Below, in pieces: positions 48,001 through 63,000 of a stretch of 64,000 nt of DNA. The first letter of the stretch is position 1. The number at the start of each line of letters is the position of its first letter. Source of the stretch: Eledone cirrhosa (taxonomy: Eukaryota); NCBI GenBank assembly GCA_964016885.1, contig OZ024743.1, positions 246,698,001 through 246,762,000 on the forward strand, in the 5' to 3' direction. The translations under genes were made by a program, and so were the position numbers. Under the pieces are notes generated by a model. That model had not been told where the DNA came from and made no database searches. It was given only the letters and a program-made list of their open reading frames with translations.

Positions 48001-51000
48001 TGTCATTTGTGATAGACTAATTGTGAAAGTTAGACTAGCTCTGTCAATTGTGATAATTCGACAAACTCTGTCAGATGTGACAGTTAGACTGCCTTTGTTG
48101 GCTGTGCTAGTTTGACTGGCCCTGTCAGTTGTTATAGTTAGACAAGCCCTGTCAGTTGTGATTGTTAGACTAGGTCTATCAGTACTTATAGTTAGACTGT
48201 CCCCAAAAGGTTGTGATAGACTGGTTGTGTATGTTTTAATGGTGGGAGTAGATTTGTCAGTAATGGTAGTTTGACAGCCAATGTTGCATAACTAACCTTG
48301 TCATTTGTGACAATTAGACCGTTATGACAATTAGACTGGCTCTGTCAGTTGTGATAATTAGACTGTTGTATCAGTCGTGATAGTTAGACTGGTTCTGTTA
48401 ATTGGAATAGGTGGACAGCTGTCAGTTGTGATAGCTTGATGGGCTCCCAAAGTTGATAGTATGACATGCTGTCAGCCATGATAGTTAGGCTGGCTACATC
48501 AGTTATAATAGTTAGACTGGCTACATCAGTTATAATAGTTAGACTGGCTTTGTAAATTGTGAGAGTTAGACACACTCTGTCAGTTGTGACAGTGAGACAC
48601 ACTCTGTCAGTTGTAATAGTTAGACTATCTCTGTCAGTTGTGATAGTTAGACTAGGTCTATCAGTACTAATAGTTAGACTGTCCCCAAGAGTTGTGATAG
48701 ACTGGTTGTGTATATTTTAATGGTGGGAGTAGCTTTGTCAGTAATGGTAGTTTGACAGCCAATGTTGCATAACTAACCTTGTCATTTGTGACAATTAGAC
48801 TGGCTCTGTCAGTTGTGATAATTAGACTGTTGTATCAGTTGTGATAGTTAGACTGGTTCTGTTAATTGGAATAGGTGGACAGCTCTGTCAGTTGTGATAG
48901 CTTGACGGGCTCCCAAAGTTGATAGTATGACATGCTGTCAGCCTTGATAGTTAGGCTGGCTACATCAGTTATAATAGTTAGACAGGCTTTGAAAATTGTG
49001 AGAGTTAGACACACTGTCAGTTGTGACAGTTAGACACACTCTGTCAGTTGTAATAGTTAGACTATCTCTGTCACTTGTGATAGTTAGACTAGCTATGTCA
49101 GTTGTGGTAGTTAGACAGGTTCTATCAGTTGTAATATTAGACTGTCTCTGTCAATTGTGATAGACTGTCAGTCAGTTGTGATAGTTAGACTGTCTCTGTC
49201 AGTTGTGATAGTTAAACTGTCTCTGTCAGTTGTGATAGTTAAACTGTCTCTGTCAGTTGTGACAGTTAGACTGTCTCTGTCAGTTGTGGTAGTTAGACTG
49301 TCTCTATCAGTTGTGATAGTTAGACTGTCTCTGTCAGTTGTGATAGTTAGACTGTCTGTCAGTTGTGGTAGTTAGACTGTCTCTGTCAGTTGTGGTAATT
49401 AGACTGGTTCTGTCAGTTGTGATAGACTGTCTGTCAGTTGATAGTTAGACTGTCTCTGTGAGTTGTGATAGACTGTCTCTGTCAGTTGTGATAGACTGTC
49501 TGTCAGTTGATAGTTAGACAGTCTGTGTCAGTTGTGGTAGTTAGACTGGCTGTCAGTTGTGATAGTTAGACTGTCTCTGTCAGTTGTGATAGTTAGACTG
49601 TCTCTGTCAGTTGTGGTAGTTAGACTGTCTGTCAGTTGTGATAGTTAGACAGACTCTGCCAATTGTGGTAGTTAGACTGTCTCTGTCAGTTGTGATAGTT
49701 AGAATGTCTCTGTCAGTTGAGACAGTTAGACTGTATCTGTCAGTTGTGATAGTTAGACTGTCTCTGTCAGTTGTGAGAGTTAGACTGTCTCTGTCATTTG
49801 TGATAGTTAGACTGTCTCTTTCAATTGTGGTAGTTAGACTGTCACTGTCAGTTGTGATAGTTAGACTGTCACTGTCAGTTGTGATAGTTAGACTGTCACT
49901 GTCAGTTGTGACAGTTAGATTGTCTCTGTCAGTTGTAATAGTTAGACAGACTCTGTCAATTGAGGTAGTTAGACTGTCTCTGTCAGTTGTGGTATTTAGA
50001 CTGTATCTGTCATTTGTGATAGACTAATTGTGAAAGTTAGACTAGCTCTGTCAATTGTGATAATTCGACAAACTCTGTCAGATGTGACAGTTAGACTGCC
50101 TTTGTTGGCTGTGCTAGTTTGACTGGCCCTGTCAGTTGTTATAGTTAGACAAGCCCTGTCAGTTGTGATTGTTAGACTAGGTCTATCAGTACTTATAGTT
50201 AGACTGTCCCCAAAAGGTTGTGATAGACTGGTTGTGTATGTTTTAATGGTGGGAGTAGATTTGTCAGTAATGGTAGTTTGACAGCCAATGTTGCATAACT
50301 AACCTTGTCATTTGTGACAATTAGACCGTTATGACAATTAGACTGGCTCTGTCAGTTGTGATAATTAGACTGTTGTATCAGTTGTGATAGTTAGACTGGT
50401 TCTGTTAATTGGAATAGGTGGACAGCTGTCAGTTGTGATAGCTTGATGGGCTCCCAAAGTTGATAGTATGACATGCTGTCAGCCATGATAGTTAGGCTGG
50501 CTACATCAGTTATAATAGTTAGACTGGCTACATCAGTTATAATAGTTAGAGTGGCTTTGTAAATTGTGAGAGTTAGACACACTCTGTCAGTTGTGACAGT
50601 TAGACACACTCTGTCAGTTGTAATAGTTAGACTATCTCTGTCAGTTGTGATAGTTAGACTAGCTATGTCAGTTGTGGTAGTTAGACTGTCTCTGTCAATT
50701 GTGATAGACTGTCAGTCAGTTGTGATAGTTAGACTGTCTCTGTCAGTTGTGATAGTTAGACTGCCTGTCAGTTGTGAAAGTTAGACTGTCTCTGTCAGTT
50801 GTGACAGTTAGACTGTCTCTGTCAGTTGTGATAGTTAGACTGTCTCTGTCAATTTTAGTAGTTAGACTGGCTCTGTCATTTGTGGCAGTTAGACTGTCTC
50901 TGTCAGTTGTGATATTTAGACCGTTTCTGTCATTTGTGGTCGTCAGACTGTCTCTGTCAGTTGTGGTAGTTAGAATGTCTGTCAGTTGTGGTAGTTAGAA

Positions 51001-54000
51001 TGTCAGTCAGTTGTGATAGTTAGACTGTTTCTGCCAGTTGTGGTAGACTGTCTCTGTCAGTTGTGGTAGACTGTCTCTGTCAATTGTTATAGACTGTCAG
51101 TCAATTGTTATAGTTAGACTGTTTCTGTCATTTGTAGTAGTTAGACTGTCTCAGTCAGTTGGGGTAGTTACAATGCCTCTGTCAGTTGCGGTAGTTAGAC
51201 TGTCAGTCAGTTGTGATAGTTAGACTGTCTCTGAGCTGTGATAGACTGTCTCCATCAGTTATGTTAGTTAGACTGGCTGTCAGTTGTGATAGTTAGACTG
51301 CTTCTGTCAGTTATGGTAGACTGTCTCTGTCAGTTGTGATAGACTGTGTCTGTCAGTTGTGGTAGTTAGACTGTCTCTGAGCTGTGATAGACTGTCTCCA
51401 TCAGTTGTGTTAGTTAGACGGGCTCTGTCAGTTGTGATAGTTAGACTGTCTCTGTCAGTTGTGATAGTTAGACTGTCTCTGTCAGTTGTGGGAGTTAGAC
51501 TGTATGTCAGTAGTGATCGTTAGACAGACTGTCAATTGTGGTAGTTAGACTGTCTCTGTCAGTTGTGATAGTTAGACTGTCTCTGAGCTGTGATAGACTG
51601 TCTCTATCAGTTGTGTTAGTTAGACTGGCTCTGTCAGTTGTGATAGACTGTGTCTGTCAGTTGTCATAGTTAGACTCTCTGTCAGTTGTGTTAGACGGTC
51701 TCTGTCAGTTGTGCTAGTTAGACTGTCAGACAGTTGTGATAGTTAGATTGTCTGTCAGTTGTAGTAGTTAGACTGTCTCAGTCAGTTGTGGTAGTTAGAC
51801 TGTCTGTCAGTTGTGCTAGTTAGACTCTCTCTGTCGGTTGTGGTAGTTAGACAGGTTCTATCAGTTGTGATAGTTAGACTGTCTCTGTCAATTGTGATAG
51901 ACTGTCAGTCAGTTGTGATAGTTAGACTGTCACTGTCAGTTGTGATAGTTAAACTGGCTGTGTCAGTTGTGATAGACTGTCTCTGTCAATTTTAGTAGTT
52001 AGACTGGCTCTGTAATTTGTGGCACTTAGACTGTTTCTGTCAGTTGTGGTAGTTAGAATGTCTCTGTCAGTTGTGGTAGTTAGAATATCAGTGAGTTGTG
52101 ATAGACTGCCTCTGTAAATTGTGGTAGCTAGACTGTCTCTGTCAGTTGTCGTAGTTAGACTGTCTCTGTCAGTTGTGACAGTTAGACTGTCTATGTCAGT
52201 TGTGATAGTTAGACTCTCTCTGTCAGTTGTGGTAGTTAGACTGTCAGTCAGTTGTGATAGTTAGACTGTCTCTGTCAATTGTTATAGTTAGACTGTTTCT
52301 GTCATTTGTAGTAGTTAGATTGTCTCAGTCAGTTGGGGTAGTTACACTGTCTCTGTCAGTTGTGGTAGTTAGACTGTCAGTCAGTTGTGATAGTTAGACT
52401 GTCAGACAGTTGTGATAGTTAGATTGTCTCTGTCAGTTGTAGTAGTTAGCCTGTCTCTGTCAGTTGTGGTAGTTAGACTGTCTGTCAGTCGTGATAGTTA
52501 GACTGTCCCTTTCAGTTGAGACAGTTAGACTGTCTCTTTCAGTTGAGACAGTTAGACTGTCTCTGTCAGTTGTGATAGTTAGACTGTCTGTCAGGTGAGA
52601 GAATTAGACTGTCTCTGTCAGTAGTGACATTTAGATTGTCTCTGTCAGTGGTGATAGTTAGACTGTTTCTGTCAGTTGTGATAGTCAGACTGGCTCTGTC
52701 AGTTGTGGTAGTTAGACTGTCTCTGTCAATTGTGATAGACTGTCTCTGTCAGTTGTGATAGACTGTATGTGTCAGTTGTGGTAGTTAATCTCTCTCTTAG
52801 TTGTGGTAGTTAGACTGGCCCTGTCAGTTGTGATGGTTAGACTCTGTCAGTTGTGATGGTTAGACTCTGTCAGTTGTGATAGTTAGACTGGCTCTGTCAA
52901 TTGTGATAGACTGTCAGACAGTTGTGGTAGGTAGACTGTCTGTCAGTTGTGGTAGTTAGACTGGCTCTGTCAGTTGTGGTAGTTAGACTGTATCTGTCAT
53001 TTGTGAAAGACTAGTTGTGAAAGTTAGACTAGCTCTGTCAATTGTGATAATTCGACAAACTCTGTCAGATGTGACAGTTAGAGTGCCTTTGTTGGTTGTG
53101 CTAGTTAGACAAGCTCTGTCAGTTGTGATTGTTAGACTAGGTCTATCAGTACTTATAGTTAGACTGTCCCCAAAAAGTTGTGATAGACTGGTTGTGTATG
53201 TTTTAATGGTGGAGTAGCTTTGTCAGTAATGGTAGTTTGACAGCCAATGTTGCATAACTAACCTTGTCATTTGTGACAATTAGACCGTTGTGACAATTAG
53301 ACTGGCTCTGTCAGTTGTGATAATTAGATTGTTGTATCAGTTAGACTGGTTCTGTTAATTGGAATAGGTAGACAGCTCTGTCAGTTGTGATAGCTTGACG
53401 GGCTCCCAAAGTTGATAGTATGACATGCTGTCAGCCTTGATAGTTAGGCTGGCTACATCAGTTATAATAGTTAGACTGGCTTTGTAAATTGTGAGTTAGA
53501 CAATCTCCGTCAATTGTGACAGTTAGACACACTCTGTCAGTTGTAATAGTTAGACTATATCTGTCAGTTGTGATAGTTAGACTAGCTATGTCAGTTGTGG
53601 TAGTTAGACAGGTTCTATCAGTTGTGATAGTTAGACTGTCTCTGTCAATTGTGATAGACTGTCAGTCAGTTGTGATAGTTAGACTGTCTCTGTCAATTGT
53701 GATAGTTAAACTGTCTCTGTCAGTTGTGATAGTTAAACTGTCTCTGTGAGTTGTGGTAGTTAGAATGTCTCTGTCAGTAGTGGTAGTTAGACTGTCTCTG
53801 TCAGTTGTGATAGTTAGACTGTCTCTGTCAGTTGTGATAGACTGTCTCTGTCAGCTGTGGTAGTAAAACTGTATTTGGCAGTTGTGGTAATTAGAATGTC
53901 TGTCAGTTTTGGTAGTTAGTCTGGCTCTGTCAGTTGTGATAGTTAGACTGTATCTGTAATTTGTGATAGACTAGTTGTGAAAGTTAGACTAGCTCTGTCA

Positions 54001-57000
54001 ATTGTGATAATTCGACAAACTCTGTCAGATGTGAAGTTAGACTGCCTTTGTTGGTTGTGCTAGTTAGACTGGCCCTGTCAGTTGTTATAGTTAGACAAGC
54101 TCTGTCAGTTGTGATTGTTAGACTAGGTCTATCAGTACTTATAGTTAGACTGTCACCAAAAAGTTGTGATAGACTGGTTGTGTATGTTTTAATGGTGGGA
54201 GTAGCTTTGTCAGTAATGGTAGTTTGACAGCCAATGTTGCATAACTAACCTTGTCATTTGTGACAATTAGACTGGCTCTGTCAGTTGTGATAATTAGACT
54301 GTTGTATCAGTTGTGATAGTTAGACTGGTTCTGTTAATTGGAATAGTTGGACAGCTCTGTCAGTTGTGATAGCTTGACGGGCTCCCAAAGTTGATAGTAT
54401 GACATGCTGTCAGCCATGATAGTTAGGCTGGCTACATCAGTTATAATAGTTAGACTGGCTACATCAGTTATAATAGTTAGAGTGGCTTTGTAAATTGTGA
54501 GAGTTAGACACACTCTGTCAGTTGTGACAGTTAGACACACTCTGTCAGTTGTAATAGTTAGACTATCTCTGTCAGTTGTGATAGTTAGACTAGCTATGTC
54601 AGTTGTGGTAGTTAGACTGTCTCTGTCAATTGTGATAGACTGTCAGTCAGTTGTGATAGTTAGACTGTCTCTGTCAGTTGTGATAGTTAGACTGCCTCTG
54701 TCAGTTGTGAAAGTTAGACTGTCTCTGTCAGTCGTGACAGTTAGACTGTCTTAGTCAGTTGTGATAGTTAGACTGTCTCTGTCAATTTTAGTAGTTAGAC
54801 TGGCTCTGTCATTTGTGGCAGTTAGACTGTCTCTGTCAGTTGTGATATTTAGACCATTTCTGTCATTTGTGGTCGTCAGACTGTCTCTGTCAGTTGTGGT
54901 AGTTAGAATGTCTGTCAGTTGTGGTAGTTAGAATGTCAGTCAGTTGTGATAGTTAGACTGTTTCTGCCAGTTGTGGTAGACTGTCTCTGTCAGTTGTGGT
55001 AGACTGTCTCTGTCAATTGTTATAGTTAGACTGTTTCTGTCATTTGTAGTAGTTAGACTGTCTCAGTCAGTTGGGGTAGTTACAATGCCTCTGTCAGTTG
55101 CGGTAGTTAGACTGTCAGTCAGTTGTGATAGTTAGACTGTCTCTGAGCTGTGATAGACTGTCTCCATCAGTTATGTTAGTTAGACTGGCTGTCAGTTGTG
55201 ATAGTTAGACTGCTTCTGTCAGTTATGGTAGACTGTCTCTGTCAGTTGTGATAGACTGTGTCTGTCAGTTGTGGTAGTTAGACTGTCTCTGAGCTGTGAT
55301 AGACTGTCTCCATCAGTTGTGTTAGTTAGACGGGCTGTCAGTTGTGATAGTTAGACTGTCTCTGTCAGTTGTGATAGTTAGACTGTCTCTGTCAGTTGTG
55401 GGAGTTAGACTGTATGTCAGTAGTGATCGTTAGACAGACTGTCAATTGTGGTAGTTAGACTGTCTCTGTCAGTTGTGATAGTTAGACTGTCTCTGAGCTG
55501 TGATAGACTGTCTCTATCAGTTGTGTTAGTTAGACTGGCTCTGTCAGTTGTCATAGTTAGACTCTCTGTCAGTTGTGTTAGACGGTCTCTGTCAGTTGTG
55601 CTAGTTAGACTGTCAGACAGTTGTGATAGTTAGATTGTCTGTCAGTTGTAGTAGTTAGACTGTCTCAGTCAGTTGTGGTAATTAGACTGTCTGTCAGTTG
55701 TGCTAGTTAGACTCTCTCTGTCGGTTGTGGTAGTTAGACAGGTTCTATCAGTTGTGACAGTTAGACTGTCTCTGTCAATTGTGATAGACTGTCAGTCAGT
55801 TGTGATAGTTAGACTGTCACTGTCAGTTGTGATAGTTAAACTGGCTGTGTCAGTTGTGATAGACTGTCTCTGTCAGTTGTGATAGACTGTCTCTGTCAGT
55901 TGTGACAGTTACACTGTTTGTCAGTTGTGATAGTTAGACTGTCTCTGTCAATTTTAGTAGTTAGACTGGCTCTGTAATTTGTGGCACTTAGACTGTTTCT
56001 GTCAGTTGTGGTAGTTAGAATGTCTCTGTCAGTTGTGGTAGTTAGAATATCAGTGAGTTGTGATAGACTGCCTCTGTAAATTGTGGTAGCTAGACTGTCT
56101 CTGTCAGTTGTCGTAGTTAGACTGTCTCTGTCAGTTGTGACAGTTAGACTGTCTATGTCAGTTGTGATAGTTAGACTCTCTCTGTCAGTTGTGGTAGTTA
56201 GACTGTCAGTCAGTTGTGATAGACTGACTGTCAGTTGTGATAGTTAGACTGTCTCTGTCAATTGTTATAGTTAGACTGTTTCTGTCATTTGTAGTAGTTA
56301 GATTGTCTCAGTCAGTTGGGGTAGTTACACTGTCTCTGTCAGTTGTGGTAGTTAGACTGTCAGTCAGTTGTGATAGTTAGACTGTCAGACAGTTGTGATA
56401 GTTAGATTGTCTCTGTCAGTTGTAGTAGTTAGCCTGTCTCTGTCAGTTGTGGTAGTTAGACTGTCTGTCAGTTGTGATAGTTAGACTGTCCCTTTCAGTT
56501 GAGACAGTTAGACTGTCTCTTTCAGTTGAGACAGTTAGACTGTCTCTGTCAGTTGTGATAGTTAGACTGTCTGTCAGGTGAGAGAATTAGACTGTCTCTG
56601 TCAGTAGTGACATTTAGATTGTCTCTGTCAGTGGTGATAGTTAGACTGTTTCTGTCAGTTGTGATAGTCAGACTGGCTCTGTCAGTTGTGGTAGTTAGAC
56701 TGTCTCTGTCAATTGTGATAGACTGTCTCTGTCAGTTGTGATAGACTGTATGTGTCAGTTGTGGTAGTTAATCTCTCTCTTAGTTGTGGTAGTTAGACTG
56801 GCCCTGTCAGTTGTGATGGTTAGACTCTGTCAGTTGTGATGGTTAGACTCTGTCAGTTGTGATAGTTAGACTGGCTCTGTCAATTGTGATAGACTGTCAG
56901 ACAGTTGTGGTAGGTAGACTGTCTGTCAGTTGTGGTAGTTAGACTGGCTCTGTCAGTTGTGGTAGTTAGACTGTCTGTCAGTTGTGATAGTTAGACTGTA

Positions 57001-60000
57001 TCTGTCATTTGTGAAAGACTAGTTGTGAAAGTTAGACTAGCTCTGTCAATTGTGATAATTCGACAAACTCTGTCAGATGTGACAGTTAGAGTGCCTTTGT
57101 TGGTTGTGCTAGTTAGACAAGCTCTGTCAGTTGTGATTGTTAGACTAGGTCTATCAGTACTTATAGTTAGACTGTCCCCAAAAAGTTGTGATAGACTGGT
57201 TGTGTATGTTTTAATGGTGGGAGTAGCTTTGTCAGTAATGGTAGTTTGACAGCCAATGTTGCATAACTAACCTTGTCATTTGTGACAATTAGACCGTTGT
57301 GACAATTAGACTGGCTCTGTCAGTTGTGATAATTAGACTGTTGTATCAGTTAGACTGGTTCTGTTAATTGGAATAGGTGGACAGCTCTGTCAGTTGTGAT
57401 AGCTTGACGGGCTCCCAAAGTTGATAGTATGACATGCTGTCAGCCTTGATAGTTAGGCTGGCTACATCAGTTATAATAGTTAGACTGGCTTTGTAAATTG
57501 TGAGTTAGACAATCTCCGTCAATTGTGACAGTTAGACACACTCTGTCAGTTGTAATAGTTAGACTATCTCTGTCAGTTGTGATAGTTAGACTAGCTATGT
57601 CAGTTGTGGTAGTTAGACAGGTTCTATCAGTTGTGATAGTTAGACTGTCTCTGTCAATTGTGATAGACTGTCAGTCAGTTGTGATAGTTAGACTGTCTCA
57701 GTCAATTGTGATAGTTAAACTGTCTCTGTCAGTTGTGATAGTTAAACTGTCTCTAGAATGTCTCTGTCAGTAGTGGTAGTTAGACTGTCTCTGTCAGTTG
57801 TGATAGTTAGACTGTCTCTGTCAGTTGTGATAGACTGTCTCTGTCAGCTGTGGTAGTAAAACTGTATTTGGCAGTTGTGGTAATTAGAATGTCTGTCAGT
57901 TTTGGTAGTTAGTCTGGCTCTGCCAGTTGTGATAGTTAGACTGTATCTGTCATTTGTGATAGACTAGTTGTGAAAGTTAGACTAGCTCTGTCAATTGTGA
58001 TAATTCGACAAACTCTGTCAGATGTGAAGTTAGACTGCCTTTGTTGGTTGTGCTAGTTAGACTGGCCCTGTCAGTTGTTATAGTTAGACAAGCTCTGTCA
58101 GTTGTGATTGTTAGACTAGGTCTATCAGTACTTATAGTTAGACTGTCACCAAAAAGTTGTGATAGACTGGTTGTGTATGTTTTAATGGTGGGAGTAGCTT
58201 TGTCAGTAATGGTAGTTTGACAGCCAATGTTGCATAACTAACCTTGTCATTTGTGACAATTAGACTGGCTCTGTCAGTTGTGATAATTAGACTGTTGTAT
58301 CAGTTGTGATAGTTAGACTGGTTCTGTTAATTGGAATAGTTGGACAGCTCTGTCAGTTGTGATAGCTTGACGGGCTCCCAAAGTTGATAGTATGACATGC
58401 TGTCAGCTATGATAGTTAGGCTGGCTACATCAGTTATAATAGTTAGACTGGCTACATCAGTTATAATAGTTAGAGTGGCTTTGTAAATTGTGAGAGTTAG
58501 ACACACTCTGTCAGTTGTGACAGTTAGACACACTCTGTCAGTTGTAATAGTTAGACTATCTCTGTCAGTTGTGATAGTTAGACTAGCTATGTCAGTTGTG
58601 GTAGTTAGACTGTCTCTGTCAATTGTGATAGACTGTCAGTCAGTTGTGATAGTTAGACTGTCTCTGTCAGTTGTGATAGTTAGACTGCCTCTGTCAGTTG
58701 TGAAAGTTAGACTGTCTCTGTCAGTTGTGACAGTTAGACTGTCTCAGTCAGTTGTGATAGTTAGACTGTCTCTGTCAATTTTAGTAGTTAGACTGGCTCT
58801 GTCATTTGTGGCAGTTAGACTGTCTCTGTCAGTTGTGATATTTAGACCATTTCTGTCATTTGTGGTCGTCCGACTGTCTCTGTCAGTTGTGGTAGTTAGA
58901 ATGTCTGTCAGTTGTGGTAGTTAGAATGTCAGTCAGTTGTGATAGTTAGACTGTTTCTGCCAGTTGTGGTAGACTGTCTCTGTCAGTTGTGGTAGACTGT
59001 CTCTGTCAATTGTTATAGTTAGACTGTTTCTGTCATTTGTAGTAGTTAGACTGTCTCAGTCAGTTGGGGTAGTTACAATGCCTCTGTCAGTTGCGGTAGT
59101 TAGACTGTCAGTCAGTTGTGATAGTTAGACTGTCTCTGAGCTGTGATAGACTGTCTCCATCAGTTATGTTAGTTAGACTGGCTGTCAGTTGTGATAGTTA
59201 GACTGCTTCTGTCAGTTATGGTAGACTGTCTCTGTCAGTTGTGATAGACTGTGTCTGTCAGTTGTGGTAGTTAGACTGTCTCTGAGCTGTGATAGACTGT
59301 CTCCATCAGTTGTGTTAGTTAGACGGGCTGTCAGTTGTGATAGTTAGACTGTCTCTGTCAGTTGTGATAGTTAGACTGTCTCTGTCAGTTGTGGGAGTTA
59401 GACTGTATGTCAGTAGTGATCGTTAGACAGACTGTCAATTGTGGTAGTTAGACTGTCTCTGTCAGTTGTGATAGTTAGACTGTCTCTGAGCTGTGATAGA
59501 CTGTCTCTATCAGTTGTGTTAGTTAGACTGGCTCTGTCAGTTGTGATAGACTGTGTCTGTCAGTTGTCATAGTTAGACTCTCTGTCAGTTGTGTTAGACG
59601 GTCTCTGTCAGTTGTGCTAGTTAGACTGTCAGACAGTTGTGATAGTTAGATTGTCTGTCAGTTGTAGTAGTTAGACTGTCTCAGTCAGTTGTGGTAGTTA
59701 GACTGTCTGTCAGTTGTGCTAGTTAGACTCTCTCTGTCGGTTGTGGTAGTTAGACAGGTTCTATCAGTTGTGATAGTTAGACTGTCTCTGTCAATTGTGA
59801 TAGACTGTCAGTCAGTTGTGATAGTTAGACTGTCACTGTCAGTTGTGATAGTTAAACTGGCTGTGTCAGTTGTGATAGACTGTCTCTGTCAGTTGTGACA
59901 GTTACACTGTTTGTCAGTTGTGATAGTTAGACTGTCTCTGTCAATTTTAGTAGTTAGACTGGCTCTGTAATTTGTGGCACTTAGACTGTTTCTGTCAGTT

Positions 60001-63000
60001 GTGGTAGTTAGAATGTCTCTGTCAGTTGTGGTAGTTAGAATATCAGTGAGTTGTGATAGACTGCCTCTGTAAATTGTGGTAGCTAGACTGTCTCTGTCAG
60101 TTGTCGTAGTTAGACTGTCTCTGTCAGTTGTGACAGTTAGACTGTCTATGTCAGTTGTGATAGTTAGACTCTCTCTGTCAGTTGTGGTAGTTAGACTGTC
60201 AGTCAGTTGTGATAGACTGACTGTCAGTTGTGATAGTTAGACTGTCTCTGTCAATTGTTATAGTTAGACTGTTTCTGTCATTTGTAGTAGTTAGATTGTC
60301 TCAGTCAGTTGGGGTAGTTACACTGTCTCTGTCAGTTGTGGTAGTTAGACTGTCAGTCAGTTGTGATAGTTAGACTGTCAGACAGTTGTGATAGTTAGAT
60401 TGTCTCTGTCAGTTGTAGTAGTTAGCCTGTCTCTGTCAGTTGTGGTAGTTAGACTGTCTGTCAGTTGTGATAGTTAGACTGTCCCTTTTAGTTGAGACAG
60501 TTAGACTGTCTCTTTCAGTTGAGACAGTTAGACTGTCTCTGTCAGTTGTGATAGTTAGACTGTCTGTCAGGTGAGAGAATTAGACTGTCTCTGTCAGTAG
60601 TGACATTTAGATTGTCTCTGTCAGTGGTGATAGTTAGACTGTTTCTGTCAGTTGTGATAGTCAGTCTGGCTCTGTCAGTTGTGGTAGTTAGACTGTCTCT
60701 GTCAATTGTGATAGACTGTCTCTGTCAGTTGTGATAGACTGTATGTGTCAGTTGTGGTAGTTAATCTCTCTCTTAGTTGTGGTAGTTAGACTGGCCCTGT
60801 CAGTTGTGATGGTTAGACTCTGTCAGTTGTGATAGTTAGACTGGCTCTGTCAATTGTGATAGACTGTCAGACAGTTGTGGTAGGTAGACTGTCTGTCAGT
60901 TGTGGTAGTTAGACTGGCTCTGTCAGTTGTGGTAGTTAGACTGTCTGTCAGTTGTGATAGTTAGACTGTATCTGTCATTTGTGAATGACTAGTTGTGAAA
61001 GTTAGACTAGCTCTGTCAATTGTGATAATTCGACAAACTCTGTCAGATGTGACAGTTAGAGTGCCTTTGTTGGTTGTGCTAGTTAGACAAGCTCTGTCAG
61101 TTGTGATTGTTAGACTAGGTCTATCAGTACTTATAGTTAGACTGTCCCCAAAAAGTTGTGATAGACTGGTTGTGTATGTTTTAATGGTGGGAGTAGCTTT
61201 GTCAGTAATGGTAGTTTGACAGCCAATGTTGCATAACTAACCTTGTCATTTGTGACAATTAGACCGTTGTGACAATTAGACTGGCTCTGTCAGTTGTGAT
61301 AATTAGACTGTTGTATCAGTTGTGATAGTTACTCTGGTTCTGTTAATTGGAATAGGTGGACAGCTCTGTCAGTTGTGATAGCTTGAGGGGCTCCCAAAGT
61401 TGATAGTATGACATGCTGTCAGCCTTGATAGTTAGGCTGGCTACATCAGTTATAATAGTTAGACTGGCTTTGTAAATTGTGAGAGTTAGACAATCTCCGT
61501 CAATTGTGACAGTTAGACACACTCTGTCAGTTGTAATAGTTAGACTATCTCTGTCAGTTGTGATAGTTAGACTGTCTCTGTCAATTGTGATAGTTAAACT
61601 GTCTCTGTCAGTTGTGATAGTTAAACTGTCTGAGTTGTGGTAGTTAGAATGTCTCTGTCAGTAGTGGTAGTTAGACTGTCTCTGTCAGTTGTGATAGTTA
61701 GACTGTCTCTGTCAGTTGTGATAGACTGTCTCTGTCAGCTGTGGTAGTAAAACTGTATTTGGCAGTTGTGGTAATTAGAATGTCTGTCAGTTTTGGTAGT
61801 TAGTCTGGCTCTGTCAGTTGTGATAGTTAGACTGTATCTGTTATTTGTGATAGACTAGTTGTGAAAGTTAGACTAGCTCTGTCAATTGTGATAATTCGAC
61901 AAACTCTGTCAGATGTGAAGTTAGACTGCCTTTGTTGGTTGTGCTAGTTAGACTGGCCCTGTCAGTTGTTATAGTTAGACAAGCTCTGTCAGTTGTGATT
62001 GTTAGACTAGGTCTATCAGTACTTATAGTTAGACTGTCACTAAAAAGTTGTGATAGACTGGTTGTGTATGTTTTAATGGTGGGAGTAGCTTTGTCAGTAA
62101 TGGTAGTTTGACAGCCAATGTTGCATAACTAACCTTGTCATTTGTGACAATTAGACTGGCTCTGTCAGTTGTGATAATTAGACTGTTGTATCAGTTGTGA
62201 TAGTTAGACTGGTTCTGTTAATTGGAATAGTTGGACAGCTCTGTCAGTTGTGATAGCTTGACGGGCTCCCAAAGTTGATAGTATGACATGCTGTCAGCCA
62301 TGATAGTTAGGCTGGCTACATCAGTTATAATAGTTAGATTGGCTTTGTAAATTGTGAGAGTTAGACACACTGTCAGTTGTGACAGTTAGACACACTCTGT
62401 CAGTTGTAATAGTTAGACGATCTCTGTCAGATGTGATAGTTAGACTAGCTTTGTCAGTTGTGGTAGTTAGACAGGTTCTATCAGTTGTGATAGTTAGACT
62501 GTCTCTGTCAGTTGAGAGAGTTAGAATGTCTCTGTCAGTTGTGGTAGTTAGACTGTCAGTCAGTTATGATAGACTGTCCGTGTCAGTTGTGATAGTTAGA
62601 CTGTCTTTGTCAGTTGTGAGTTAGACTGTCTGTCAGTTGTGGTAGTTAGACAGTCTCTGTCCATTGTGATAGTTAGACTGTCTCTGTCAGTCGTGGTAGT
62701 TAGACTGTCAGTCAGTTCTGATAGACTGTCTGTGTCTGTCAGTTGTGAGAGTTAGACTCTCTCTGTCGGTTGTGATAGTTAGACTGTCTATTTCAATTGT
62801 GGTAGTTAGACTGTCTCTGTCAGTTGTGATAGTTAGACTGTCTCTGTCAATTGTGATAGACTGTCAGTCAGTTGTGATAGTTAGACTGTCACTGTCAGTT
62901 GTGACAGTTAGACTGTCTCTGTCAGTTGTGATACTTAGACTGTCTCTTTCAGTTGTGGTAGTTAGACTGTCTGTCAGTTGTGATAGTTAGACAGACTCTG